A DNA stretch of 61,329 nt from positions 1-61,329 of IMG/VR virus record IMGVR_UViG_3300029825_000423, one strand, 5' to 3'. Position 1 is the first letter of the stretch. Every line of letters begins with the position of its first letter. This document shows, in pieces, positions 25,675 through 33,881 of this stretch. The notes below the pieces were generated by a model that had not been told where the DNA came from, searched no databases, and worked only from the letters and a program-made list of their open reading frames with translations. The position numbers and the translations under genes are program-made. The DNA comes from a virus.

Positions 25675-27947
25675 GCAATATCATACCTCTTTCTATCCTT
25701 CAATTCCTGCCTCTTCCCCGCGTTCCAGCCTTCCACGTTCTGCAGGTATCCGGTAATCCTAGACAAATGCTGAATATTTCCGGACCCACACTTAGGGCAT
25801 ATCTCCCGCAGACCATTGCTTACATACCCCTCGTCCAAACAAACCGTCATGTCCCTGGTAAACGCGAAATACCCAACGTTTGTGTTTCTGCACAAATTCA
25901 TTGCAAAGTCCATTAACCCCACTGGATTAGGTGATTTCTCCCCCATCCAGATATGCATAATGTTTCCACCGTCTACAATGGGGAAGAATATCTGTTCCTT
26001 CTGGATTCGTTCGACGATTGAAACATTCGCGTTCACTGGCATGTGTGTTCCGTTTGTGTAGTAAACCGGCAGGTCTCTTGTTTCTCCGATGTTTTCAAGT
26101 GCTTTGTTTACATCCCCTTTAATCACTGTAATTGCCTTCTCTCTGTACTCTTCGTGCATCAGGTCTGACACTGCAAACCTCTGTGCCGTTGTTTCTGCAG
26201 GAGTGCGGGCCAGCGCAATTTCCATGTTATATTTTTGCGACAATTCCTTGGCGTACATTTTCATTTCAAGCATTGCCCTGATTGCAAGCTTGTAAGATTC
26301 TTCTGATTCGTGTATCTGCTTTCCTGTGTGGTACTGGGCCATTTCATTGATTCCAATTACTCCAATCGTGTACACAAGGGCATCGAAATCGACTGCTGTT
26401 TCCCCAAGTTCGCCGGTGTTTGGATCTCTTGGCTTTTGACTTGCGAAAGGAATTCTATTCGCTGCAATAAGCCTTTCCATCCATTCACGCTTTGTTTTGA
26501 ATACCGTAATTGCACTACACATTAGAGATTTTAATTCTTTGAATAGTTTTGCGTCGTCGTGTTCTGCTTTGTATGCGGCACGTGGGCAGTTTAAGCTCAT
26601 TACCATCCATGACCCCATGGAGAAATGCTTTCCATTCCGGAAATATAATTTATCCTCGAAATCTTTGTCTTTCCCGGGTGTAGACGAGAACTGATACGCG
26701 CAACACTGATAGCATGAAATCCCGTCCCCCGCCCCACGATAGGCCGGAAGCTGATTATCAAAGTACGGAGTCCCAAACTTAGCGGCAAGCTCAAACGCCA
26801 TACCATAAAGTTCTTTATACGTTGGCACGTCTGGATTAAGCGCGTTAAATAGTTCGTCTTCCTGCATGAAATCCGGCTCTATGCTTATTTCGGGTTTCGG
26901 GAAAAAGAATGGTTTTCCTTCGTAATCCCCTTTTACCATAACATTCATTAGTGCCTTAAATGCAAGTCTCACTTCCCTTTCAAGCTTCCCGTATGTACAT
27001 TCAACGTGGTAATTGTCACCATCGTAAATGTGCCCTTTTGCAACGACCGGTATATTTTTCCATAACTTTGGAACGCCTGGCGAAAGCTGAACTGAACTGA
27101 AAACGGTCTGACCGCCTCTTGCACACATCATTTGCATCATTTCGTAAACGAACATCTGCATAAGCTGCTCAATTTCTTCCTCACTCTTCCCCACCAAATA
27201 GGGAGCCATAAACGTAAGGAAGTTATAAAACCCCTGCCCGCCTGCGAAGTTTGTCTGTGCAGACCCCATTGCTTTTACTGCATGAAGGAAAGCAACTTCT
27301 GCTTTTTTAGCAGGTCCAGCTATACTTGACTGTTTCCCTATACCATCCGGCATGAGCCCGTAGTACAGGAAATACCGAAGATCCCAGTCTTGGCAAAACG
27401 GCCGCGTACCGAAATACTCAAGATCATGGATGTGAAAGTCCCCGTTCAGATGGAGCTCTGCAGCTTCGCTCGGGATCAGTAATAAATTCTGTTCTTTACT
27501 CAGTTTGTCAGCCTTCCTCTTATGACTTGTTTCAGCGTTATCAAGCTGGTTAGCGTTGTCCTTCGCTTCAAACCCGTAACCTGAATCAATTTGGAAAGCA
27601 TCGTGAACGCTTACACCTACGCGAGTCATCACGTTACGCCATTCGGGATGTCCTCTATCAATCAATATGGTGTTGACAATTTCCCTGATAAGTGGACCTG
27701 ATAAAAATTCTCTTCGCATTTTCAGAACTATACTTTCGGTTTCCTTTGCAATTGCCTCAGCTTCTTCATATGTCGCAGCAGATTTTGAATAGAAAATCTC
27801 GCTCAGTTTTGTTTCTTTCAGGATCATATCAATGATCTTGTTTCTGTTCCATTCAGTCTTAAATCCGTCCGTGTTTCTAACAGTCGGTAAAGACTTTGTA
27901 ATTGCCTTAGACGCGCCAACGGTGTCTGAATTTGTTAGGTCTATCAT
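25671..27947 (-). CDS. nrdD: Anaerobic (class III) ribonucleoside-triphosphate reductase
   Basis: 758 aa. The C-terminal zinc site CPKCGSG and glycyl-radical motif SRITGYLQNVEGWN are present. The core includes GDGISCYQCCAYQF and FFPIVDGGNIMHIW. Confidence 0.95.
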   Translation of the reverse strand: MIDLTNSDTVGASKAITKSLPTVRNTDGFKTEWNRNKIIDMILKETKLSEIFYSKSAATYEEAEAIAKETESIVLKMRREFLSGPLIREIVNTILIDRGHPEWRNVMTRVGVSVHDAFQIDSGYGFEAKDNANQLDNAETSHKRKADKLSKEQNLLLIPSEAAELHLNGDFHIHDLEYFGTRPFCQDWDLRYFLYYGLMPDGIGKQSSIAGPAKKAEVAFLHAVKAMGSAQTNFAGGQGFYNFLTFMAPYLVGKSEEEIEQLMQMFVYEMMQMMCARGGQTVFSSVQLSPGVPKLWKNIPVVAKGHIYDGDNYHVECTYGKLEREVRLAFKALMNVMVKGDYEGKPFFFPKPEISIEPDFMQEDELFNALNPDVPTYKELYGMAFELAAKFGTPYFDNQLPAYRGAGDGISCYQCCAYQFSSTPGKDKDFEDKLYFRNGKHFSMGSWMVMSLNCPRAAYKAEHDDAKLFKELKSLMCSAITVFKTKREWMERLIAANRIPFASQKPRDPNTGELGETAVDFDALVYTIGVIGINEMAQYHTGKQIHESEESYKLAIRAMLEMKMYAKELSQKYNMEIALARTPAETTAQRFAVSDLMHEEYREKAITVIKGDVNKALENIGETRDLPVYYTNGTHMPVNANVSIVERIQKEQIFFPIVDGGNIMHIWMGEKSPNPVGLMDFAMNLCRNTNVGYFAFTRDMTVCLDEGYVSNGLREICPKCGSGNIQHLSRITGYLQNVEGWNAGKRQELKDRKRYDIA

Positions 27948-28123
27948 TGTTTCGTCTCCAGTTTAAAATCTAATAACTCTACCCCGATTACATTTCCTTT
28001 AGTGTCATAATCGAGTACATACGGTCCAAAATCAATTGATTCACTGTAATCATCACCCCACCTAACCAGGAGAGTGTGATTTTCAGAATCATGATCTGTG
28101 ATAACGTTTTCCAATTGTGCCAT
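27944..28123 (-). CDS. DUF2283-like small protein (59 aa)
   Basis: Translation is MAQLENVITDHDSENHTLLVRWGDDY..YDTKGNVIGVELLDF. The xDxxGxxxGIE pattern is recalled from DUF2283. ATGA overlap with the nrdD start. RBS GGGGG. Confidence 0.55.
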   Translation of the reverse strand: MAQLENVITDHDSENHTLLVRWGDDYSESIDFGPYVLDYDTKGNVIGVELLDFKLETKQ

Positions 28124-28196
28124 TTAGAATCCCCCAATTTTTCAGTAGTTATAATATGTGCAACATCCTATAAAAAATTAACTTAGAAAGAGAAAA

Positions 28197-28337
28197 TCAT
28201 TCAATTGATTTCTTCTTACATCCTGAACATGTCCTTATCTGTTTCCCCTTCAATTCACAGAAAAACGAAATCGCAGTTTTCCCCGGACAAGCTTCGTCTT
28301 TCTTCTTCATATGAGTGCATTTGTATTCTATGCCCAT
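28197..28337 (-). CDS. Cys-rich mini-protein (46 aa)
   Basis: Starts at the conserved junction GTGAGGCAATTACATGG. Translation is MGIEYKCTHMKKKDEACPGK..CSGCKKK. Confidence 0.45.
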   Translation of the reverse strand: MGIEYKCTHMKKKDEACPGKTAISFFCELKGKQIRTCSGCKKKSIE

Positions 28338-28346
28338 GTAATTGCC

Positions 28347-28595
28347 TCACTTAATCATTTTACATTCGTTTGTGAGTATTCCGTTTTCTACCTTTACCCT
28401 GAACGTGTTCATTGTTTTACACACTGGACATTCTCCTATACAATCAAACGTTTTCGCGTCTGTCTGTACATATTCTCCTATTTTGTAATCGCGTAACACA
28501 TTCGAAAATGCCTTTGTTTGGAATTCTCTTTCTCTCCGTTTTCCGCATTTCGGGCATTTGACTATAAGTCCCGTCACTCGGTCAAACATTCCCAT
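28347..28595 (-). CDS. Zinc-ribbon protein (82 aa)
   Basis: Contains CPKCGKRRE .. CPVCKTMN. Starts at the junction GTGAGGCAATCACATGG. Confidence 0.6.
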   Translation of the reverse strand: MGMFDRVTGLIVKCPKCGKRREREFQTKAFSNVLRDYKIGEYVQTDAKTFDCIGECPVCKTMNTFRVKVENGILTNECKMIK

Positions 28596-28604
28596 GTGAT
28601 TGCC

Positions 28605-28955
28605 TCACTCAGTTCTTAGTAAACGTGGATTTGTCAGAATATTCATTATAACGTCCCGTTTATCGTACACGACGTTTGCAATGTATACCGAAGACGCCTC
28701 ATCTATACTGCGGGACAACACGCCCACGAGTGCGTTTACTATCTTCTGTTTGTCTATTGATTTTTCATGTTCGATTGCATCATTTTCGTTTAAAAATAAT
28801 TCTCCGTCATTTGTTATGTATGCAGTTACTTCTTCCATGGTTATTGCCCCCGAATTACTTTTGTGGTGAGATTTTGCAATATCAACGATTAACTTTGAAA
28901 TTGCATCGAAAAAGGAAAACGTTAAGTCAGTAATTCGCTTATTCCCTCCTAGCAA
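28605..28955 (-). CDS. Hypothetical protein
   Basis: ORF from TTG 28955. A more likely start is ATG 28838, after GGGGGCAATAACC, giving 77 aa. Confidence 0.5.
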   Translation of the reverse strand: MLGGNKRITDLTFSFFDAISKLIVDIAKSHHKSNSGAITMEEVTAYITNDGELFLNENDAIEHEKSIDKQKIVNALVGVLSRSIDEASSVYIANVVYDKRDVIMNILTNPRLLRTE

Positions 28956-29400
28956 CTTCTTCTTTTTGTTTCCTCAGTTCTTCCATGCAGTTGTCACACC
29001 ACTTCTGCGTCCCCGTCATCTTACCTTTACAGCATGGGCACGTTGCAGCTATCCTAGCAGCGCGTTCGCTGGTCGTTTCCCATGTTGTTCTTAGACTCCA
29101 ATTTGGGTCGCCTCCGCCATACGCGCGCATCGCGGCGCCTATTTCACCATGCATCGCACGCACCTTCTGCCTGCAACTTTCACATGTGCCCAGGTCTTCG
29201 ACCGCTGGGAATTCTCCACAATACAAGCACAGACAGCGCTCTCGTCGCTCAACCTGCTCGATTGAATGCGCTTCGTCTGGGTATCTCCGTATGGTCCCAA
29301 ATTGTGTCTTGTATGCAATTACACCGTTGTCAGGTGTTGGAAATTCTGTGTATCCGTCTTTACTTTCTTTGTCTGGTACTGCAACTATTAATCTCGTCAT
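28939..29400 (-). CDS. Multi-CxxC zinc-binding protein (153 aa)
   Basis: Contains CLCLYCGE..CESCRQK..CPCCKGK..CDNCMEE. RBS GGGGG. Confidence 0.65.
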   Translation of the reverse strand: MTRLIVAVPDKESKDGYTEFPTPDNGVIAYKTQFGTIRRYPDEAHSIEQVERRERCLCLYCGEFPAVEDLGTCESCRQKVRAMHGEIGAAMRAYGGGDPNWSLRTTWETTSERAARIAATCPCCKGKMTGTQKWCDNCMEELRKQKEEVARRE

Positions 29401-29457
29401 TCGTTTATTCCCCCGTAGTTAATACGAATTCATCCAGAACATTGCTTTGTCAACGTG

Positions 29458-29586
29458 TCAGCGTTTAGGACATTTAATTGTAAGCGTTGCGTGTAACCAC
29501 CTGCTAGCGGAAACAATATACTGTCCACGCTCGGCATTGTAATAGTCTTCTTCGGTCACTTCACAATTGCACGGCCCTTTAAACAT
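29458..29586 (-). CDS. Cys-containing mini-protein (42 aa)
   Basis: GAGGGATAAA-ATG precedes MFKGPCNCEVTEEDYYNAERGQYIVS... Confidence 0.4.
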   Translation of the reverse strand: MFKGPCNCEVTEEDYYNAERGQYIVSASRWLHATLTIKCPKR

Positions 29587-29727
29587 TTTATCCCTCATTA
29601 CTTAGTAAATTAATTATTTTAAGATAGTCAACAACATATTTAAAACTTTGCTTCGAAGAAATCAATAAGGTTTATAAACATTGAAACTAATAACTGTACA
29701 AAATAATTATTTTAGGGGGATTAACTC

Positions 29728-30741
29728 ATATCACCTATCAAATTTGCTGACTTATTCGCTGGCATCGGAGGGTTTAGACTCGGAATAATGCAAGCGGCAG
29801 AAGAGCTAAACATTAAAACAGAGTGTATATTTTCATCAGAGATTGAAAAGAACGCAATTACAATATACAATAAAAATTTCGGAGAGATACCAAGTGGCGA
29901 TATCACAACAGTACGAACAGACGACATTAATACCATGGATATCTTGTGCGGAGGATTCCCTTGCCAAGCATTCAGCATTGCAGGAAACCGAAAAGGATTT
30001 GACGACACGAGAGGGACTTTATTCTTTGAAATTGCCAGAATTGCCAGAGACAAAAGACCTAAAATATTATTCCTTGAAAATGTTAAAGGGTTACTCAACC
30101 ATGACAAAGGAAGAACTTTCGCAGTCATCCTCCTTACGCTGGATGAACTCGGGTATGATGTCGAATGGCAAGTGCTTAACTCAAAAGATTTCGGAGTCCC
30201 ACAAAACAGGGAACGGGTGTTCATTATCGGACATCTTAGAGGAGCAGGTACAAGACAAATATTTCCTGTCTTCGGAGAGACAAGCGCAACTTCTCGGGAA
30301 AATTCGAGTACATGCCTTGACGCAAACTACTGGAAAGGCATTGACAATCACGGCGCAAGAACATGTATATTAACTCTTATGAATAACAACAATTTTAGTG
30401 CTTTAACTGAACGAAGAACAGAGAAAGCCAAATTAATTCGTAGCAAAGCTAGGGAACAAGGCATCGATTGGTGTCCTAGAAGAGAAAAAGAGTTAGTTTA
30501 TAGGACTGATAATTTAAGTAACTGCTTAACAGCTACACCTAGCTATGAGCATTTATCAAGTAATAATTTTACAATCAGAAAACTTACACCTGTAGAATGC
30601 GAACGTTTACAGGGATACCCAGACGGATGGACAGAAGGAATAGCAGACACGAATAGATATAAATGTCTAGGAAACGCGGTAACAGTTCCAGTTATCAAGG
30701 CAATTGCAAAGAAAATCTTACTTACTTTACATCATCCTTAA
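29728..30741 (+). CDS. DNA (cytosine-5)-methyltransferase; start codon non-canonical or lost
   Basis: Motifs present are DLFAGIGG (I), GGFPCQAFSIAG (IV), ENVKGL (VI), QNRERVFIIG (VIII) and GNAVTVPV (X). Motif I lies upstream of the first ATG (29788). The frame opens at 29725, just after the in-frame stop at 29722-29724, and contains no ATG, GTG or TTG before motif I. Confidence 0.85.
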   Translation: MSPIKFADLFAGIGGFRLGIMQAAEELNIKTECIFSSEIEKNAITIYNKNFGEIPSGDITTVRTDDINTMDILCGGFPCQAFSIAGNRKGFDDTRGTLFFEIARIARDKRPKILFLENVKGLLNHDKGRTFAVILLTLDELGYDVEWQVLNSKDFGVPQNRERVFIIGHLRGAGTRQIFPVFGETSATSRENSSTCLDANYWKGIDNHGARTCILTLMNNNNFSALTERRTEKAKLIRSKAREQGIDWCPRREKELVYRTDNLSNCLTATPSYEHLSSNNFTIRKLTPVECERLQGYPDGWTEGIADTNRYKCLGNAVTVPVIKAIAKKILLTLHHP

Positions 30742-30790
30742 ATATTTTGAAACACATATTATATTATAGAAAACAATTTGGAGGTAAACT

Positions 30791-31015
30791 ATGTTTGGTG
30801 GTTACAAATCTGGACCAAGATACAGAATAAACAATGCGTTAGGAAAAGAAAGAGAGGATTTCATAAAAGAAGTTCAGTGATTGTACAAAGAGAACAAAGA
30901 CAAACTGAAAGATGCAAACCGACCAACTTCGGTTAAGGCTTCAATTGCAATTGCAAAGAAGCTCGGAAATGAAGTGTATTACAAAGAACCGAATAGTGAT
31001 TGGTTTAGAATATAA
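30791..31015 (+). CDS. Small protein frame interrupted by an in-frame TGA (or two abutting mini-ORFs)
   Basis: RBS GGAGG. MFGGYKSGPRYRINNALGKEREDFIKEVQ is followed by TGA (30878-30880). TTG then continues in the same frame: LYKENKDKLKDANRPTSVKASIAIAKKLGNEVYYKEPNSDWFRI. Confidence 0.35.
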
Positions 31016-31038
31016 AATAAAACGGCGGAGGATTGTGT

Positions 31039-31242
31039 ATGCGATACCAACTTACGGCAACTGCGGGAAGGACGCGGGTTAAGCGAATGTTCGAGATTAC
31101 CCGGAAAAATTACAGAATGTTCTATGATAATAAGAACCCATTGAACAGTTCCGGCGTAACGAAGCTGAAAGAAGTTATTAAGAAAAGATTTCCAGGGAAG
31201 AAGTTTAGTTTTTCACTGAGTCAGATTAAAACACTGAAATGA
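31039..31242 (+). CDS. Small basic protein
   Basis: ATG follows GGAGGATTGTGT. 67 aa and Lys/Arg-rich. Confidence 0.5.
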   Translation: MRYQLTATAGRTRVKRMFEITRKNYRMFYDNKNPLNSSGVTKLKEVIKKRFPGKKFSFSLSQIKTLK

Positions 31243-31252
31243 AGGCAATAAC

Positions 31253-31441
31253 ATGGTAGACGACGAAATTGTCACTCTCGAAGAAGAAAAACGGAAACTC
31301 GAAAAGGATTATCAGAAAACGGCAAAAGAGTATATCAAGATGAAAGACAATTATCATAACAAAATGACTTCAATCGGGGATCGGGTAAGGGAGATCAACG
31401 CAAGGATCAAGGAGTTAAGACCACCGATTGTGGCTAAGTAA
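31253..31441 (+). CDS. Coiled-coil mini-protein
   Basis: 62 aa (EEEKRKLEKDYQKTAKEYIKMKD). Junction is TGAAGGCAATAACATGG. Confidence 0.55.
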   Translation: MVDDEIVTLEEEKRKLEKDYQKTAKEYIKMKDNYHNKMTSIGDRVREINARIKELRPPIVAK

Positions 31442-31508
31442 TTGCGCGAACATTTTAAATATGTTGACAGCTAATTATTATATAACAAATAAACGGAGGA
31501 ATAAAATC

Positions 31509-31685
31509 ATGGGATATGTTTTAAAAGCAGTAATCGGAGAACATCATTATCAAAGAGATCTTGGAAAAGGCTACACAGCAAACGAACTCGCAGCAGCAAA
31601 ACAGTCTATCAGACAGAACCACTATAAAAACTGGGGAAAACCCAGAGGTGGAAAGAAGTTTAAATTTGAAGTAGTTTTTAAGTAA
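31509..31685 (+). CDS. Small basic protein (family member)
   Basis: ATG follows GGAGGAATAAAATC. Contains GYTANELAAAKQSIRQNHYKNWGKPRGGKK. An oligo-T terminator follows. Confidence 0.55.
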   Translation: MGYVLKAVIGEHHYQRDLGKGYTANELAAAKQSIRQNHYKNWGKPRGGKKFKFEVVFK

Positions 31686-31687
31686 GT

Positions 31688-31711
31688 TATTTTTTTCTCT
31701 TTTTTCTTTTC
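31688..31711 (+). terminator. Oligo-T terminator tract
   Basis: Sequence is ttatttttttctcttttttcttttcg, directly after the 31685 stop. Confidence 0.4.
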
Positions 31712-31961
31712 GTCCTATATCCCATATACTTGGACATTCCAAACATTTCATTTTTAACTCTTTTTAGAAAATTTACTCAAAATGTCCTACTTTTTGGTAT
31801 AATGGGATAGTTTACATAACTAGTAATTTTGTAAACTCGATTTTCCTGTTTTCTCGGAAATTCCATGAAAACTACTAGTTTTGCAATAAATTTTTTGTCG
31901 AAAGTATTAAATAGTTTACAAAACAATATACACGTAACTAAATGATTTTGGAGGAAGATTA

Positions 31962-32048
31962 ATGAATCTGTTGTTAGCACTCGGAATATCGGCTGTGATA
32001 CTTATCGTCGGTGGAGCGATTATGACTTTACTCCGGGCGATGAAATGA
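31962..32048 (+). CDS. Hydrophobic mini-peptide (28 aa) coupled to integrase
   Basis: GGAGGAAGATTA-ATG precedes MNLLLALGISAVILIVGGAIMTLLRAMK. Its stop overlaps the integrase ATG. Confidence 0.35.
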   Translation: MNLLLALGISAVILIVGGAIMTLLRAMK

Positions 32049-32710
32049 ATTCTTTAGTACCATTCGGGGGCGGTGACCTACTCTTAAAAGAACACGTTGA
32101 TCACATTGAACTACACGAAGTAGGGAGCCTTAAACGTGCGTGTGATATTGCATACGAACGAAGCAAGCAAACTGAAAATTATAAATGGATCAGAGACAAA
32201 AACAAGCTTTTTCTCCATCTTATGTGGGCGACTGGTGCGAGGGTATCAGACGTTACGGAAATGAACACCACGAAAATAAATTACAGAGAAAAAACAATAA
32301 CCTTTCTGGTCCACAAGAGGAAAAGCAAGAAGGTTAAAACCGGGGGGGAATACTGGCACACAATTGGCTTGGATATGGAAACACTAACTATGTTAATGGA
32401 TTATATACAGACGTGGGAAATTAAAGGATTGCTCTTTCCTTCATTCAAAGGATCGGATAAGGCAATTACAAGGCAAGCAATAAACAAGCTTCTCAATGAG
32501 CTTACAGAACTTGTAGGAATGAGACGTATTCATCCCCACATGTTTCGCCATGGAATTGCCATGCACCTGCAAAGTCAGGGAGTGCCCGCCGAATTAATAG
32601 CTTACCACCTGGCACACAGTTCAACGGCAATTACCTTGAAGACATACGCAAGGATGGACGCGAAGCAGGAAAGAGCAATGTTTGAAAATCTGAATGTGAA
32701 ATTTTGGTAA
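32045..32710 (+). CDS. Tyrosine recombinase/integrase (Xer-like, 221 aa)
   Basis: Catalytic signature present: WATGARVSDV (Arg I), HPHMFRHGIAMHL (H-x-x-R), LAHSSTAITLKTYARM (His, Tyr). Confidence 0.9.
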   Translation: MNSLVPFGGGDLLLKEHVDHIELHEVGSLKRACDIAYERSKQTENYKWIRDKNKLFLHLMWATGARVSDVTEMNTTKINYREKTITFLVHKRKSKKVKTGGEYWHTIGLDMETLTMLMDYIQTWEIKGLLFPSFKGSDKAITRQAINKLLNELTELVGMRRIHPHMFRHGIAMHLQSQGVPAELIAYHLAHSSTAITLKTYARMDAKQERAMFENLNVKFW

Positions 32711-32723
32711 GGGGGAATACACA

Positions 32724-32981
32724 ATGTCAGAAATCGGAGACATACTTAAAACAATAGAAAACGTGATTGACGACCTATACGACGAAAGCTTGAAATGTCC
32801 TTATTGCGGAGCAGTTCAAGGCGACGATTGGGAACTTGAAGAAGGGGACGGAATAACAGAATGTTGTGAATGTGAAAAAGAATTTAAGTTCAATAAGCAA
32901 TATATAGTAAAGTATACGAGTGAAAAAATAGAAGAATGCGAAGCAGAACTTGGACTAATAGAATACAACGATCCAGTTTAA
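32724..32981 (+). CDS. Zinc-ribbon protein (85 aa)
   Basis: Contains CPYCGAVQ .. CCECEKEF. Confidence 0.6.
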   Translation: MSEIGDILKTIENVIDDLYDESLKCPYCGAVQGDDWELEEGDGITECCECEKEFKFNKQYIVKYTSEKIEECEAELGLIEYNDPV

Positions 32982-33030
32982 ATAAATTTAACAGATGGTG
33001 ATATAATTGGGGGACAAAGAATCAAAAGTT

Positions 33031-33168
33031 ATGGCATTAACGTTTATAATATCCTCATATACCATGTACACATCAACAAATAACGCAGTTTTATCAGTAT
33101 TAGCTGGTATATGTGCATCGCTTGCATACATTGCTTTAGGAATGATAAGTGAATTAATAAATCCATAA
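33031..33168 (+). CDS. Hydrophobic mini-protein (45 aa)
   Basis: Contains MALTFIISSYTMYTSTNNAVLSVLAGICASLAYIALGMISELINP. Preferred over the antisense ORFs because the + strand is coding throughout this block. Confidence 0.3.
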   Translation: MALTFIISSYTMYTSTNNAVLSVLAGICASLAYIALGMISELINP

Positions 33169-33189
33169 CATTGAACAGAAAGCGATAAT

Positions 33190-33438
33190 ATGAAACTATC
33201 AGACGATTGGGAAACAATAACATTTGAGAGCGTTCCTGCGGTATTCGAAAAAGAGAAAACCGGTAAGAAAAGCAACACGGTGAGAAGACTAAACACAGAA
33301 GACAGTAAACAATTTCACGAAGCAGAACCATATATAAAAACAATTTGCATTGAAAACACAGAAACCGGAGAACGATTCTACAGGCAGCGTACTGATATAA
33401 CAGAATGGTATGATATAATAGTTTTTTCGTGGGGATAA
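33190..33438 (+). CDS. Hypothetical protein (82 aa)
   Basis: ORF with balanced composition. Function unknown. Confidence 0.55.
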   Translation: MKLSDDWETITFESVPAVFEKEKTGKKSNTVRRLNTEDSKQFHEAEPYIKTICIENTETGERFYRQRTDITEWYDIIVFSWG

Positions 33439-33455
33439 ACGATCGAGGCGATAAC

Positions 33456-33623
33456 ATGGATGAAATAACCACGACAGAGTACCAGCAAGAAATGAAAAAC
33501 CATTTCAGATGCGTTATATTGGATACAAAGTGCATATACAGCAGTTGTGTTTTTTGTGACATTGGAATTGCCTTCAGAAAGGGTATTGAATGGGAACGAA
33601 AAGGAGTGAACAGAAAAAAATAA
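33456..33623 (+). CDS. Cys-containing mini-protein (55 aa)
   Basis: ATG follows GAGGCGATAAC. Confidence 0.45.
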   Translation: MDEITTTEYQQEMKNHFRCVILDTKCIYSSCVFCDIGIAFRKGIEWERKGVNRKK

Positions 33624-33631
33624 TTTATTTT

Positions 33632-33829
33632 ATGGGAGTGGGGAAACTGAACGCAAATAAAATATATGCGGACCTGAAAACCGGTATACCAAACATAAAG
33701 CTAAGATCTCTTACTTTAGGGGTCTTTATTGGAATGTCGGTGGCATACTTCACGGATCTGGCAATACCAAGGGGACTGTTTACCCTTGTAATTGCGATGC
33801 TCTTGTGGATCACGTCGAAAAATGCATGA
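33632..33829 (+). CDS. Membrane mini-protein (2 TM)
   Basis: The first residues are MGVGKLNANKIY. Two TM helices follow: LTLGVFIGMSVAYF and LFTLVIAMLLWI. Confidence 0.45.
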   Translation: MGVGKLNANKIYADLKTGIPNIKLRSLTLGVFIGMSVAYFTDLAIPRGLFTLVIAMLLWITSKNA

Positions 33830-33881
33830 ACCAACTATAAAACAAGAAAACCAAGGGAAATGAAACACTGGAAGCAACAAT

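Noticed and set aside
24654-25916. Plus-strand ORFs 24654..25124, 25024..25212, 25498..25773 and 25626..25916
   Set aside because: The minus strand here carries a chain of ATGA-coupled genes continuing from nrdD. The plus frames are Phe/Leu/Ser/Cys-rich and lack RBS.
29721-30224. 167-aa minus-strand ORF and 176-aa out-of-frame plus-strand ORF (29843..30373) overlapping the methyltransferase
   Set aside because: The methyltransferase frame carries all the conserved C5-MTase motifs. The overlapping frames have no motifs and an unnatural composition.
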